Source: Tubulanus polymorphus | Taxonomy: Eukaryota; Animalia; Nemertea | Length of the DNA stretch: 64,000 nt | Reading direction: 5' to 3' | Assembly: GCF_964204645.1 (NCBI RefSeq) | Contig: NC_134032.1 | Coordinates: 16,108,275 to 16,172,274, forward strand | Shown: in pieces, positions 21,201 through 33,600 of the stretch | Layout: every line of letters begins with the position of its first letter | Numbering within the stretch: position 1 is the first letter of the stretch | Made by a program: the position numbers and the translations under genes | The notes under the pieces: generated by a model | Database searches by the model: none | What the model was told of the DNA's origin: nothing | Seen by the model: the letters and a program-made list of their open reading frames with translations, nothing else

Positions 21201-24200
21201 AGTAGTTGGGGTAGCCATAAGTCCCATGAGAGTAATACGGGTAGCCCTCAGTCCATTGAGGAGAGTAGTTCGCGTAGCTCTAAGACCTTTAAGAGTAACC
21301 CAAAGGCCCTTGGGAGTAGTTGGGGTAGCCCTAAGTCCCTTGAGTGTAGTTGGGGTAGCCCTAAGTCTCTCGAGAGTAATAAGGGTAGCCCTAAGTCCAT
21401 TGAGGAGAGTAGTTCGCGTAGCTCTAAGGCCCTTAAGAGTAACCCGAAGGCCCTTGAGAGTAGTTTGGGCAGCCCTAAGTCCGTTGAGAGTAGTTGGGGT
21501 AGCCCTAAGTCTCTTGAGAGTAGTTTGGGCAGCCCTAAGTCCGTTGAGAGTAGTTGGGGTAGCCCTAAGTCTCTTGAGCGTAGTTGGGGTAGCCCTAAGT
21601 CCCTTGAAAGTAATAAGGGTAGCCCTAAGTCCATTGAGGAGAGTAGTTCGCGTAGCTCTAAGGCCCTTAAGAGTAATCCGAAGGCCCTTGAGAGTAGTTT
21701 GGGTAGCCCTAAGTCCCTTGGTTTATATAATTATTCCACCAGCTGATGCTGATAATTGATATATTGTATTTTAGGTTCTGGTTCTTTAAGATATTGATAC
21801 TGATTGGAGTAGTTGTTGGAGCGTTTTTTATTCCGCGCGGTAGTTTCGAGACGGCCTGGATGTATATCGGTTTAATCGGTGGTTTCCTTTTTATTATCAT
21901 TCAACTGATATTGATAGTTGATTTCGCTCACGCCTGGAATGAATCTTGGGTCGGTAATTATGAGGAGACAGAGAATAAAGGCTGGTATTACGGTAAGTTT
22001 ACTGTATCTTACACAATGAGGGGAATCCTGCCTCCGCAGGAATTTGAACCTGATGGCATCTCGCTACATTCAGCCACGGCACGAACCCCTGCCACAGTAG
22101 ACCGAGTGCGCAGGTACATGCGCAGATTTGCCGCACAAAATCTTGCGGCACCAATCAGATTGCTCGTTAATCGCTGAGTTAAATTTCACGGAAGAACTAT
22201 AAATGGGAAAACCCGGGCTGAAATAAAACAGGATTTCTGATTGGGAGTATGATTGAGGGGGTGAGTTAGACCTACCGGAGGAAGGAAGGGGTCAGAATAT
22301 GATGGCTGCTTTATGGCCAGGAATTTGGGGGCTTTAGTTATTTTGATCTCGTAAATACTCGGAAAAACTGAGTAGATGACTATGTGGAGTCAGTTGAACC
22401 GAGTTTGACTGTAGATGACTCTATGTGGAGTCAGTTGAACCGAGTTTGACTGTAGATGACTATGTGGAGTCAGTTGAACCGAGTTTGACTGTAGATGACT
22501 CTATGTGGAGTCAGTTGAACCGAGTTTGACTGTAGATGACTCTTATGTGGAGTCAGTTGAACCGAGTTTGACTGTAGATGACTATGTGGAGTCAGTTGAA
22601 CCGAGTTTGACTGCAGATGACTCTATGTGAAGTCAGTTGAACCGAGTTTGACTGTAGATGACTCTAAGTGGAGAGTCTGATTTGTTATTAATTGTTTATT
22701 TAAGGTTTACTGGTGTTTACCATACTGTTCTATCTGATGTCTATTACTGCTGTTGTTTTGATGTATGTCTACTACACAAAGGTCAGTATCTACCCCCCCC
22801 CTCCCTGCTCCCCCCACTCCCTCCCGAAGAACCCATGTCTCTGATTGAACTCGTTTTTTATTGTAGTCCGATGATTGCTCTTTGAACAAGTTCTTCATCA
22901 GTTTCAACATGATTCTGGTTGTCATAGCGAGCATTGTTTCAATTCTACCAGCTATTCAAGAAGGTCAGGGTCACAGCTGAAATACGAAAATTAAATTGTG
23001 AAATACTTCAGAGATTTGATTGTATTAGTGATATATAGATCACAAGTATTGTATCTGGTTGGTTAACTGTCATTGGTCGGTTAACTGTCATTGGTCGGTT
23101 AACTGTCATTGGTCGGTTAACTGTCATTGGTCGGTTAACTGTCAGTGGTCGGTTAACTGTCAGTGGTCGGTTAACTGTCATTGGTCGGTTAACTGTCAGT
23201 GGTCGGTTAACTGTCAGTGGCTTGGTTAATTTTCAGTGGGTTGGTTAAGTGTCATTAGTTGGTTAACTGTCAGTGCGTTGGTTAACTGTCGGTGTGTTGG
23301 TTAACTGTCATTGGTTGGTTAACTGTCAGTGAGTTGGTTAACTGTCAGTGGGTTGGTTAACTGTCTGTGTTGAATATTTACAGCAAATCCAAGATCTGGT
23401 TTGTTACAATCATCTATCATTGGTTTGTACGTGATGTATTTAACCTGGTCTGCTATGACTAATGATCCAAGTAAGTACTATTTATCATCCACTTCCACAT
23501 TCTCAGCACCCAGTTCCACTCGATCCACATTCCGCTTAATTCTGGATTGAAATTTGATTAAACTGACAATTATTGAATTAGGGCTAGGGGTCGTTTTCTT
23601 AATCATGACTTGATCTTAAAGATCAGTTAGTTCTAAAGCTGCTAATGAACTGATCCGAGGGTTTGGTTTATGGTGGACTCTAAAGATCAGTCAGTTCTAA
23701 AGCTGCTAATGAACTGATCCGAGGGTTTGGTTTATGGTGGACTCTAAACATCAGTTAGTTCTAAAGCTGCTAATGAACTGGTCCGAGGGTTTGGTTTATG
23801 GTGGACTCTAAAGATCAGTTAGTTCTAAAGCTGCTAATGAACTGGTCCGAGGGTTTGGTTTATGGTGGACTCTAAAGATCAGTTAATTCTAAAGCTGCTA
23901 ATGAACTGGTCCGAGGGTTTGGTTTATGGGGGACTCTAAAGATCAGTTACTTCTAAAGCTGCTAATGAACTGGTCCGATGGTTTGGTTTATGGTGGACTC
24001 TAAAGATCAGTCAGTTCTATAGCTGCTAATGAACTGGTCCGAGGGTTTGGTTTATGGTGGACTCTAAACATCAGTTAGTTCTATAACTGCTAATGAACTG
24101 ATCCGAGGGTTTGGTTTATGGTGGACTCTGAAGAATTAATAGATTTTCTCTGATTTTGTTTCAGATGCGAATTGTAAACCGTCAATTTTCAACAGCACTG

Positions 24201-25421
24201 CGACTAGTACAACCCCCGGCGATAACTACTCAGTGAAGTTTGATTGGGTGACGATTCTAGGGCTCGTAATCTGGTTCATCTGCGTACTCTACTCCAGGTA
24301 TGTGTCTCATAGGTGGCGCCGCTATTATTCTACGATTAATGTCTACTATAATTCATGACGTAATCTAAAAAATTTGATTTAATTTATCATGATTGTATGA
24401 TTCTGTGAACTGCCCCACCAGTATACAAATATAAGTGCTAGGAGAAATAAAGATTAATTTTAGACGGTTAAAGAATGATGACAGCAGGCGCCGATCGAGG
24501 ATTCTTTCCAGGAGGAGGTTCATAAAAAATGTTAATGTTAAAATGCTGACTAAAATCTCTAATGATAGGGGGCCTATACGGCAAATTGTTTGACCAAACA
24601 TAAGATGATATGGTACTCGATTAAGGATTTAAAAATTTTTTTGGTAGCAGAGCGGGGGGCCATGACCCCTGAAACCCCCTGGATCCGAGCCTGAACAAAT
24701 AATCTTGCCTTGAGATTTGAGACGTGTTCATACGCTGAAAGGACTTCCATCTCTTGCTCCAAACCTATCGATGCACATTACAGTCAGTAGTTTATTGATG
24801 GCTCAAAATGGAATGAACGTTTGAATTTTATTTCCAGTATCCGTACAAGCAGTCACAGTCAGGTTGGCAAGATTACGATGCAAGGCGCAGAAAAATCTGT
24901 CATCGAAGCTTCATCTTCTGGTGAGTTTTAAATCTTCACTTTACTCACTCCTCAGGGAAGGGTTCTTTCACTGTGCCTCTCAGCAGGGTTCACTGTTACT
25001 CCCAGTGAAGGGTTCTTTCACTGTGCCTCTCAGCAGGGTTCATTGTGACTCCCAGTGAAGGGTTCATTCACTGTGCCTCTCAGCAGGGTTCACTGTTACT
25101 CCCAGATAAGGGTTCATTCACTGTGCCACTTAGCAGGGTTCACCGTGACTCCCAGTGCAGGGTTCTTTCACTGTGCCACTTAGCAGGGTTCACCGTGACT
25201 CCCAGTGAAGGGTTCTTTCACTGTGCCACTCAGCAGGGTTCACCGTGACTCCCAGTGAAGGGTTCTTTCACTGTGCCACTCAGCAGGGTTCACCGTGACT
25301 CCCAGTGAAGGGTTCTTTCACTGTGCCACTAAGCAGGGTTCACTGTTACCGGTTACACTATGATGCTCAGCAGGGTTTCATTTCTAATTCTTGTCTCAGT
25401 TTGTGATATGGTTGTTGATGT

Positions 25422-25456
<35 letters not shown>

Positions 25457-28400
25457 CTGTTTTCTGGGGTGTATTTTCATTCTGGAATCTGATAGATACC
25501 GTCGATTCCTCTTTTGACCTCAAAATGAATGATTTCAAGTTCAATTATCACCGTTTTAGAACCATTGCTACTAAGAAAATGTGGCTTTAATTCCATTAAC
25601 TCCAATTAGAGTTCACTGGAGTCGACTGTATTTAGATCTTGTGGTTGATTAAGAAGCACTTCTCTCTCTCTGTCTCACTGGTTTATTTATAAAATATCGG
25701 ATTCAAATTGATTTTCAGATGATAAACTCGTCTCCAATGGTAAAGTTACTATGATTATTTTATCTCTGAATTATTTTCCCCGGGTGTCTCGGGAAAAACA
25801 GGAATCAGAATCAAATCATTATTATAAATAGATGAATTCACCTATTTTGAAATAAACTGCATATTCTTTGCTTCGTGATAAAGAACACGTTTGCTTGAAC
25901 GCATTTTCATCTCGATATACTTTAAAACTTCCTTTGAAGATTTGGAAAATTAAAAATGACACTTCTGAAAATTATTGAATATTTCAATGAAATTGTTGAA
26001 AGTGATTTGTTTCTGATTTTTCAAGCATGATTTTTACTCCTCTGAGGATGATGGAAGCTTTTGCGTTTTAACAGAAATTCCGAATTTGAAGCAATGAAAT
26101 TAATTTTCATTTGTGCAGCACGGGGAAGGTGTTACCCGGATAAAGTCCTAATCCGTAATTTAGTGATCCTGAATATTCTATTTTGCCGTTTTTTCGCAGC
26201 TGAGGAGATAATTTTGAAGGAGCATTCTCCGATTGTTGAAGGTACCGATTGTGTCCAGCAGGGGGCAGCAGCGCTGAGTTGATAATTAAGATGGCACGCA
26301 GTGCGTTTAAGGGCTGCCTATTGATATTATATTTGTAAACAATTGTGAGTGGGGGCTGCACTGTAAATATTAGTAGACAGTTAGACAGCGGCTCTCTGTC
26401 TAAAGTCCAAACCGGTAGCCCCTCGTTTCACTCAGTCGCAGTCAGTGCTGCCCCCTGGTGTGTATGTTGTATGTCGACCCATTTTGATTCAAATGTAAAT
26501 TATTTTTTGTTGCTTCATTTTCTTTCACCTTTTTAGCCTAACATTCTACATGTATTAGTTTGATCAACCAGTCTCAGTTTGACCTCGAGTATATGACTCA
26601 GTTTGACCTCGAGTATATGACTCAGTTTGACCTCGAGTATATGACTCAGTTTGACCTCGATTGTATGACTCAGTTTGACCTCGATTGTACGAGGACGTTC
26701 AGTTAGTGAATGCACGCTCTCACACACTATACTTGCTACGTACATAGTTTTTCTACCTTGTCTTTTAGAGTAACTATATAAACAGTTCATATATGAAAGA
26801 TCTTTAAGGCCTCCCCCTCCCTACCCACCCCCAGATTTTCTATCATCTACCTAACAATGGATTAATTCAGTAAATCAGAGTTAGAATAACATCTCTCCCT
26901 GCGCAGCATGTATTAGATAAACATCAGTGTCACTAGTTGCATCTTTAGTCATTCATCTCATTTTGCGGTTTTGCATGATATCATTAGAATGATTCATTGA
27001 CTAGATTCGATGATGACCAGTACCTCCCCCTGGTGGTTGTATGTTCAATGACCGGTAACTCCCCCTGGTAAATGTACATTCAATGACCAGTAACTTCCCC
27101 TGGCAGTTGTATATTCAATGACCAGTAACTCCCCCTGGCAGTTGTATATTCAATGACCGGTAACTCCCCCTGGCAGTTGTATATTCAATGACCGGTAACT
27201 TCCCCTGGCAGTTGTATATTCAATGACCAGTAACTTCCCCTGGCAGTTGTATATTCAATGACCAGTAACTTCCCCTGGCAGTTGTATATTCAATGACCAG
27301 CAACTTCCCCTGGCAGTTGTATATTCAATGACCAGTAACTTCCCCTGGCAGTTGTATATTCAATGACCAGCAACTTCCCCTGGCAGTTGTATATTCAATG
27401 ACCAGTAACTTCCCCTGGCAGTTGTATATTCAATGACCAGCAACTTCCCCTGGCAGTTGTATATTCAATGACCAGTAACTTCCCCTGGCAGTTGTACATT
27501 CAATGACCAGTAACTCCCCCTGGCAGTTGTATATTCAATGACCAGTAACTTCCCCTGGCAGTTGTATATTCAATGACCAGCAACTTCCCCTGGCAGTTGT
27601 ATATTCAATGACCAGTAACTTCCCCTGGCAGTTGTATATTCAATGACCAGTAACTTCCCCTGGCAGTTGTACATTCAATGACCAGTAACTTCCCCTGGCA
27701 GTTGTATATTCAATGACCAGTAACTTCCCCTGGCAGTTGTATATTCAATGACCAGTAACTTCCCCTGGCAGTTGTATATTCAATGACCAGTAACTTCCCC
27801 TGGCAGTTGTATATTCAATGACCAGTAACTTCCCCTGGCAGTTGTATATTCAATGACCAGTAACTTCCCCTGGCAGTTGTATATTCAATGACCAGTAACT
27901 TCCCCTGGCAGTTGTATATTCAATGACTAGTAACTTCCCCTGGCAGTTGTATATTCAATGACCAGTAACTTCCCCTGGCAGTTGTATATTCAATGACTAG
28001 TAACTTCCCCTGGCAGTTGTGTATTCAATGACCGGTAACTCCCCTGGTAAATGTATATCCAATGACCAGTAACTCCCCCTGCTGGTTGTATATTGAATAA
28101 TGACTATAGTAACTCCCCCTGGTGGTTGTATTTTTAGGAACCCCAAACGTAGATGTCGAGGATGGTAAGAAGGTGTTTGATGATGAAGAAGATGCGGTCT
28201 CCTATAGTTACAGCTTCTTTCATTTCATGTTTTTCTTGGCTTCGCTTTACGTGATGATGACTCTTACAAACTGGTACAAGTAAGTATAGAAAACCACGCA
28301 GTGACAGCTGCCCACTTCTGTCAGAGTGACAGCTGCTGCCCTTCAACGCCCGCTGTCATCCATGTTACTTCTGAGATCGAATATGCCCAATTTTGAATAA

Positions 28401-29040
28401 TTACCGGTAATTAGAATTAAAAGACCTGGGGCCGGTTGCTCAAAAGTTAGTTGACGATAACTGGTGGATAAATATCATAGTAACAATGAAGTCTTAATTG
28501 TTACTATGTCAACTATCCACTGGTAAACTTTAACTATTGAGAAACCGCATCCTTTGCAGTTCCACAGTTACGAGATTTGACTTACGAGTCGATACGTTGA
28601 AAACGAACTAATTTCAACTCTTTTGAACGACTGCAGCCCCTCTGGATCCTGTAGACTGCTGGTACAATACCCACCGCTGATAAAATGATGGATTATATGA
28701 CGAATTCCATTGCTGCTTCGGTTAATTGAATTCTTGCAAGCCCTGAAGCAAGTGCAGTCAGTGCCTACTTAATATTCAGGCCAAAAGAAATATTAATACA
28801 GTATCAATAATTCAGAATTCACTTAATGAATATTTCTGCTATTTCTGCGATATTGATTCAATGAAATTCAATCTCGTGTTTGCGTCATTTTTTAATTTCA
28901 GACCGAGTTCAGATTTTAAGACGTTGAACAGTAACATGCCGTCTGTTTGGGTGAAGGTCAGCTCTAGTTGGGTTTGTATGGTGATCTATTTGTGGACGCT
29001 CGTCGCTCCTATTGTGCTGAAAGATCGAGAATTCAATTAA
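18270..29040 (+). CDS. SERINC: Serine incorporator (SERINC/TDE/TMS1 family, SERINC1/3-like), 446-467 aa
   Basis: Exons 18270-18290, 19523-19687, 20243-20421, 21775-21992, 22705-22781, 22867-22963, 23384-23470, 24165-24297, 24838-24920, [25719-25739], [26200-26241], 28138-28279, 28902-29040. All introns are GT-AG and phases are consistent. Motifs: [109 protein letters not shown]. Confidence 0.96.
19780..20205. repeat. 21-bp minisatellite (ACTGTGGAACTGGATCCATG/AGA-like) in SERINC intron 2
   Basis: About 20 tandem copies; reverse complement of the 16628-16900 array unit. Confidence 0.92.
20497..21720. repeat. 30-bp minisatellite (GCCCTAAGTCCCTTGAGAGTAGTTGGGGTA), ~40 copies, SERINC intron 3
   Basis: Tandem copies with 29-bp variants; more degenerate 3' half. 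Confidence 0.95.
22372..22672. repeat. 39-42-bp minisatellite, ~7 copies, SERINC intron 4
   Basis: GTAGATGACTCTATGTGGAGTCAGTTGAACCGAGTTTGACT. Confidence 0.92.
23057..23365. repeat. 18-bp minisatellite, ~17 copies, SERINC intron 6
   Basis: GGTTAACTGTCATTGGTC. Confidence 0.92.
23618..24130. repeat. 64-bp minisatellite, ~8 copies, SERINC intron 7
   Basis: AAAGATCAGTTAGTTCTAAAGCTGCTAATGAACTGRTCCGAGGGTTTGGTTTATGGTGGACTCT. Confidence 0.92.
24485..24694. mobile_element. Non-autonomous DNA transposon remnant (hAT-like CAGG ends)
   Basis: CAGGCGCCGATCGAGG ... CCTGGATCCGAGCCTG imperfect TIRs; no clear TSD. Confidence 0.45.
24955..25350. repeat. 50-bp minisatellite, ~8 copies, each with a CAGTGAA/TTCACTG hairpin
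   Basis: GGTTCTTTCA recurs at 24961, 25011 and onward. Confidence 0.92.
26572..26690. repeat. 24-bp minisatellite, ~5 copies
   Basis: CTCAGTTTGACCTCGAGTATATGA. Confidence 0.9.
27012..28131. repeat. 35-bp minisatellite, ~32 copies, abutting a SERINC acceptor
   Basis: CAATGACCAGTAACTTCCCCTGGCAGTTGTATATT. Confidence 0.95.
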
Positions 29041-29336
29041 AATCTCGAGATCCATCTGAGAATGATCCTCCCTGGTATCGATATCAAACAACAGTAAGAG
29101 ACTATCTAATAAATCAGGGGGGGAGGTGCTCAAATGTCTGTCAGAGTTATTCCACTGTATCACTTAATCAACCGCTAGAATTACCAAACTTTTGAACAAA
29201 TGCAGTCATGGGATGATACGTGAGGGGGCGAGTCTTGATTGAGTGTTTCAGTTTGTTATCTCTGCCGGGGAGGTCAGGGACAACCATAGTTCTATCCGTT
29301 AATCTTTTACATACGAGACCTAAAAAACACTAAAAG

Positions 29337-29655
29337 CATGGTTCCCACAGAACAGGGAAATTGGAAAAAACTTGGGAATTTTTAAACTGTTTGGAAATAT
29401 TTGGGAATTTGAAATTTCCCTCAAATCAAGGAAATATTTGGAAAATTCATTTACATTACACGTATTTCATTTGCCAAGGGCAACTTTCTTCAGCGATTTC
29501 CCCTGAGAATCACCTTTATCAACCTGGTTCCACTGAAGTGTTGACTATAACATGATGGTATGCGTTCATTTCCATTTGGGAAAATTGAAATATCACCCAT
29601 GAAATACTTGGGAAAAACCTCGTAATTTTTAATTCATGTAAACGCGGGAACCATG
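29337..29655. mobile_element. ~320-bp non-autonomous DNA transposon in the SERINC 3' region
   Basis: TIRs CATGGTTCCCAC / GCGGGAACCATG with internal GGGAA(A) repeats. Confidence 0.6.
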
Positions 29656-30546
29656 TAAAGGACAAATTATATTCAAAAAGATGATATTGTAAATAGAGTT
29701 GATGTTATATAATGCACTGTGTATGTTTGATGTGCTTTAAACAGCAGGCGGTATTAGAAGCTGTTCTGGAGGTCAAAGTTACCGGTACTAAAACCAATAG
29801 TACCTCTCAGAACAAGAGGCATCCTGACCTAGAGGTACCCTTCTGATGGTCGCAATATCTGGCACTAAACCTGAAGGACCCCAGACATTCTGAATGTACC
29901 TGAAGCTTGGTTGTGTATTGTTCATGAAGGATATGAAATATTCGAGGAATTTTCTGATCTGCTATAAAGAAATTTGTACTGAGATTTTCATGTTTAACTT
30001 ATAGATGTAAAATCTACGTGTTTCAGTGCTGTACATTATAACTCGTGCTAAACCCTGATATATATACGTGAAACTCACTTGCCAGAATGTTTTGTGTCAA
30101 ATTGTATATAACAAAATTGTATTGAATTGAATATTTATCGGATGATGATAATATTCACTCTTCAGACGGACGAAATGTTGTGGAACATTGAAATTCAGAT
30201 ATTTATTTATTTATTTCAAACTTGTTAACAACGAACTATCGGTTATAACGAACGGAGCTGTTGCTCAAAAGTTGACATAATGACCATTAGAATGGCATTG
30301 TTACTATGGTATTTTTCCGCCAGAAATTTTCAGATTTTTGATTCAATCGCCCCCAGAATTGGTGAAAACAATAAACATTAATCAAGTGATAATTAATATA
30401 ACATCAATTATAATTATGATTATTATGATAAATACACACAGAACTATATTGATTTATTGTATATGTAACTGGTAGAGACTATTCTTACTCCTCAACACTT
30501 ATTACAATGTACAATGTTTGTTTGTTTGTTTTTATAATATGCTGTA

Positions 30547-30552
30547 AATAAA
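30547..30552 (+). terminator. Candidate SERINC polyadenylation signal
   Basis: AATAAA at the end of a ~1.5-kb AT-rich UTR-like tract, just before the satellite. Confidence 0.45.
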
Positions 30553-30671
30553 AGTATAATATACATTGTCGTTTATCCGTAGAATCAAGATTTGTCTTAT
30601 CAAGCCCAACAGAAGCCCGGCAAATACAACCCCGCAGTTATAACCCCAGACAGGAACCTAGGACAACTCTA

Positions 30672-33600
30672 ATCAGGACCACTCTGGATCAGTGTCAGTA
30701 ATTACTGGATTCGAACCCGGGTCACCCCTGTACATCCTCTCTTCAGCATCAGGACCACTCTGAATCAGTATCAGTAATTACTGGGCTCGAACCCGCGACA
30801 CCCCTGTACATCCTCTATTCAGCATCAGGACCACTCTGAATCAGTGTCAGTAATTACTGGGTTCGAATCCGGGACACACCCTGTACATCCTCTATTCGGC
30901 ATCAGTACCACACTGAATCAGCATCAGTAATTACTAAGATATCAACATTTTACCGTACGGTGCTGCCGCTATGCTCATTGTTAGCGGGATTTTCATACAC
31001 CAACGAAAGTCTACTCTGGCAAGCTAGGGTTACGGAGTATAAGTGGACAGCACGTCGATTGCCAGAGTTGACTTTAGTTAGTGTATGAAAATCCCGCTAA
31101 CGATGAGCATAGCGGCAGCACCGTACGGTCGTGACACCCCCTGTACATCCTCTTATCAGCATCAGGACCACTCTGAGTCAGTATCAGTAATTACTTCGTT
31201 CGAACCCGGAACACCCCTGTACATCCTCTATTCAGCATCAGGACCACTCTGAATCAGTGTCAGTTATAACTAAGATATCAACATTTTACCGTACGGTGCT
31301 GCCGCTATGCTCATTGTTAGCGGGATTTTCATACACTAACGTAAGTCTACTCTGGCAAGCTAGGGTTACCGAGTATAAGTGGACAGCACGTCGATTGCCA
31401 GAGTTGACTTTAGTTAGTGTACGAAAATTCCGCTAACGATGAGCATAGCGGCAGCACCGTACGGTCGTGACACCCCCTGTACATCCTCTTATCAGCATCA
31501 GGACCACTCTGAATCAGTATCAGTAATTACTGGATTCGAACCCGGGACACCCCTGTACATCCTCTATTCAGCATCAGGACCACTCTGTATCAGTATCAGT
31601 AATTACTTCGTTCGAACCTGGGACACCCCTGTACATCCTCTATTCAGCATCAGGACCACTCTGAATCAGTATCAGTAATTACTGGATTCGAACCCGGGAC
31701 ACCCTGTACATCCTCTATTCAGCATCAGGACCACTCTGTATCAGTATCAGTAATTACTTCGTTCGAACCCGGGACACCCCTGCACATCCTCTATTCAGCA
31801 TCAGGACCACTCTGTATCAGTATCAGTAATTACTTCGTTTGAACCCGGGACACCCCTGTACATCCTCTATTCAGCATCAAGACCACTCTGATTCGGTGCC
31901 AGTAATTACATCCTCTATTCAGCATCAGTACCACTACGAATCAGTGTCAGTAATTACTGGGGTCGAACCCGGGATATCGGCTAAGTTTAATATAATGCTT
32001 TGATCGCCATCTATTGGATTTTGGATGGACTCACTAGATTGCTCTTATTTGTCTCACTGACTCTTCTTTAATTCGTTAAAATCACACTCCCCATCTGGTG
32101 GATTTTTAGGCTACTACAGTCTAATGATAGTTATTTCCACCAGATGGCGAGTGTGATTTTAACAGATTAAAGAAGAGTCAGTGAGACAAGTAAGAGCTAT
32201 CGAGACAGTTCAGCCAAATTCCAATAGATGGCGATCTCGTTGGAAATCTCGATATCCACTCCACGTCGGGCATCAAAGTACATCCTCTATTCAGCATCAG
32301 GACCACTCTGAATCAGTATCAGTAATTACTGGGCTCGAACCCGCGACACCCCTGTACATCATCTATTTAGCATCAGGACCACTCTGAATCAGTATCAGTA
32401 ATTACTGGGCTCGAACCCGCGACACCCCTGTACATCATCTATTCAGCATCAGGACCACTCAGAATCAGTAGCAGTAATTACTGGGCTCGAACCCGGAACA
32501 CCCCTGCACATCCTATATTCAGCATCAGGACCACTCTGAATCAGTAACAGTAATTACTGGGCTCGAACCCGGAACACCCCTGCACATCCTCTATTCAGCA
32601 TCAGGACCACTCTGAATCAGCATCAGTAATTACTGGGCTCGAACCCGGAACACCCCTGTACATTATCTATTCAGCATCAGGACCACTCTGAATCAGTATC
32701 AGTAATTACTGGGCTCGAACCCGCGACACCCCTGTACATCCTCTATTCAGCATCAGGACCACTCTGAATCAGTGTCAGTAATTACTAAGATATCAACATT
32801 TTACCGTACGGTGCTGCCGCTATGCTCATTGTTAGCGGGATTTTCATACACTAACGTAAGTCTACTCTGGCAAGCTAGAGTTACGGAGAATAAGTGGACA
32901 GCACGTCGATTGCCAGAGTTGACTTTAGTTAGTGTACGAAAATTCCGCTAACGATGAGCATAGCGGCAGCACCGTACGGTCGTGACACCCCCTGCACATC
33001 CTCAATTCAGCATCAGGACCACTCTGAATCAGTATCAGTAATTACTGGGCTCGAACCCGCGACACCCCTGTACATCCTCTATTCAGCATCAGGACCACTC
33101 TGAATCAGTGTCAGTAATTACTAAGATATCAACATTTTACCGTACGGTGCTGCCGCTATGCTCATTGTTAGCGGGATTTTCATACACTAACGTAAGTCTA
33201 CTCTGGCAAGCTAGAGTTACGGAGAATAAGTGGACAGCACGTCGATTGCCAGAGTTGACTTTAGTTAGTGTACGAAAATTCCGCTAACGATGAGCATAGC
33301 GGCAGCACCGTACGGTCGTGACACCCCCTGCACATCCTCAATTCAGCATCAGGACCACTCTGAATCAGTATCAGTAATTACTGGGCTCGAACCCGCGACA
33401 CCCCTGTACATCCTCTATTCAGCATCAGGACCACTCTGAATCAGCATCAGTAATTACTGGGCTCGAACCCGGAACACCCCTGTACATCCTCTATTTAGCA
33501 TCAGGACCACTCTGAATCAGTATCAGTAATTACTGGGCTCGAACCCGCGACACCCCTGTACATCCTCTATTCAGCATCAGGACCACTCTGAATCAGTGTC

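Noticed and set aside
19794-21759. Repetitive ORFs of up to 263 aa ([10 protein letters not shown] / [10 protein letters not shown] / [12 protein letters not shown])
   Set aside because: Translations of intronic 21- and 30-bp minisatellites, open in several frames and frameshifted by 29-bp units.
27005-27019. Third SERINC microexon (TAG|ATTCGATGATGACCA|GTACCT, 15 nt, phase 1-1)
   Set aside because: Weak polypyrimidine tract and donor, and it overlaps the start of the 35-bp satellite.
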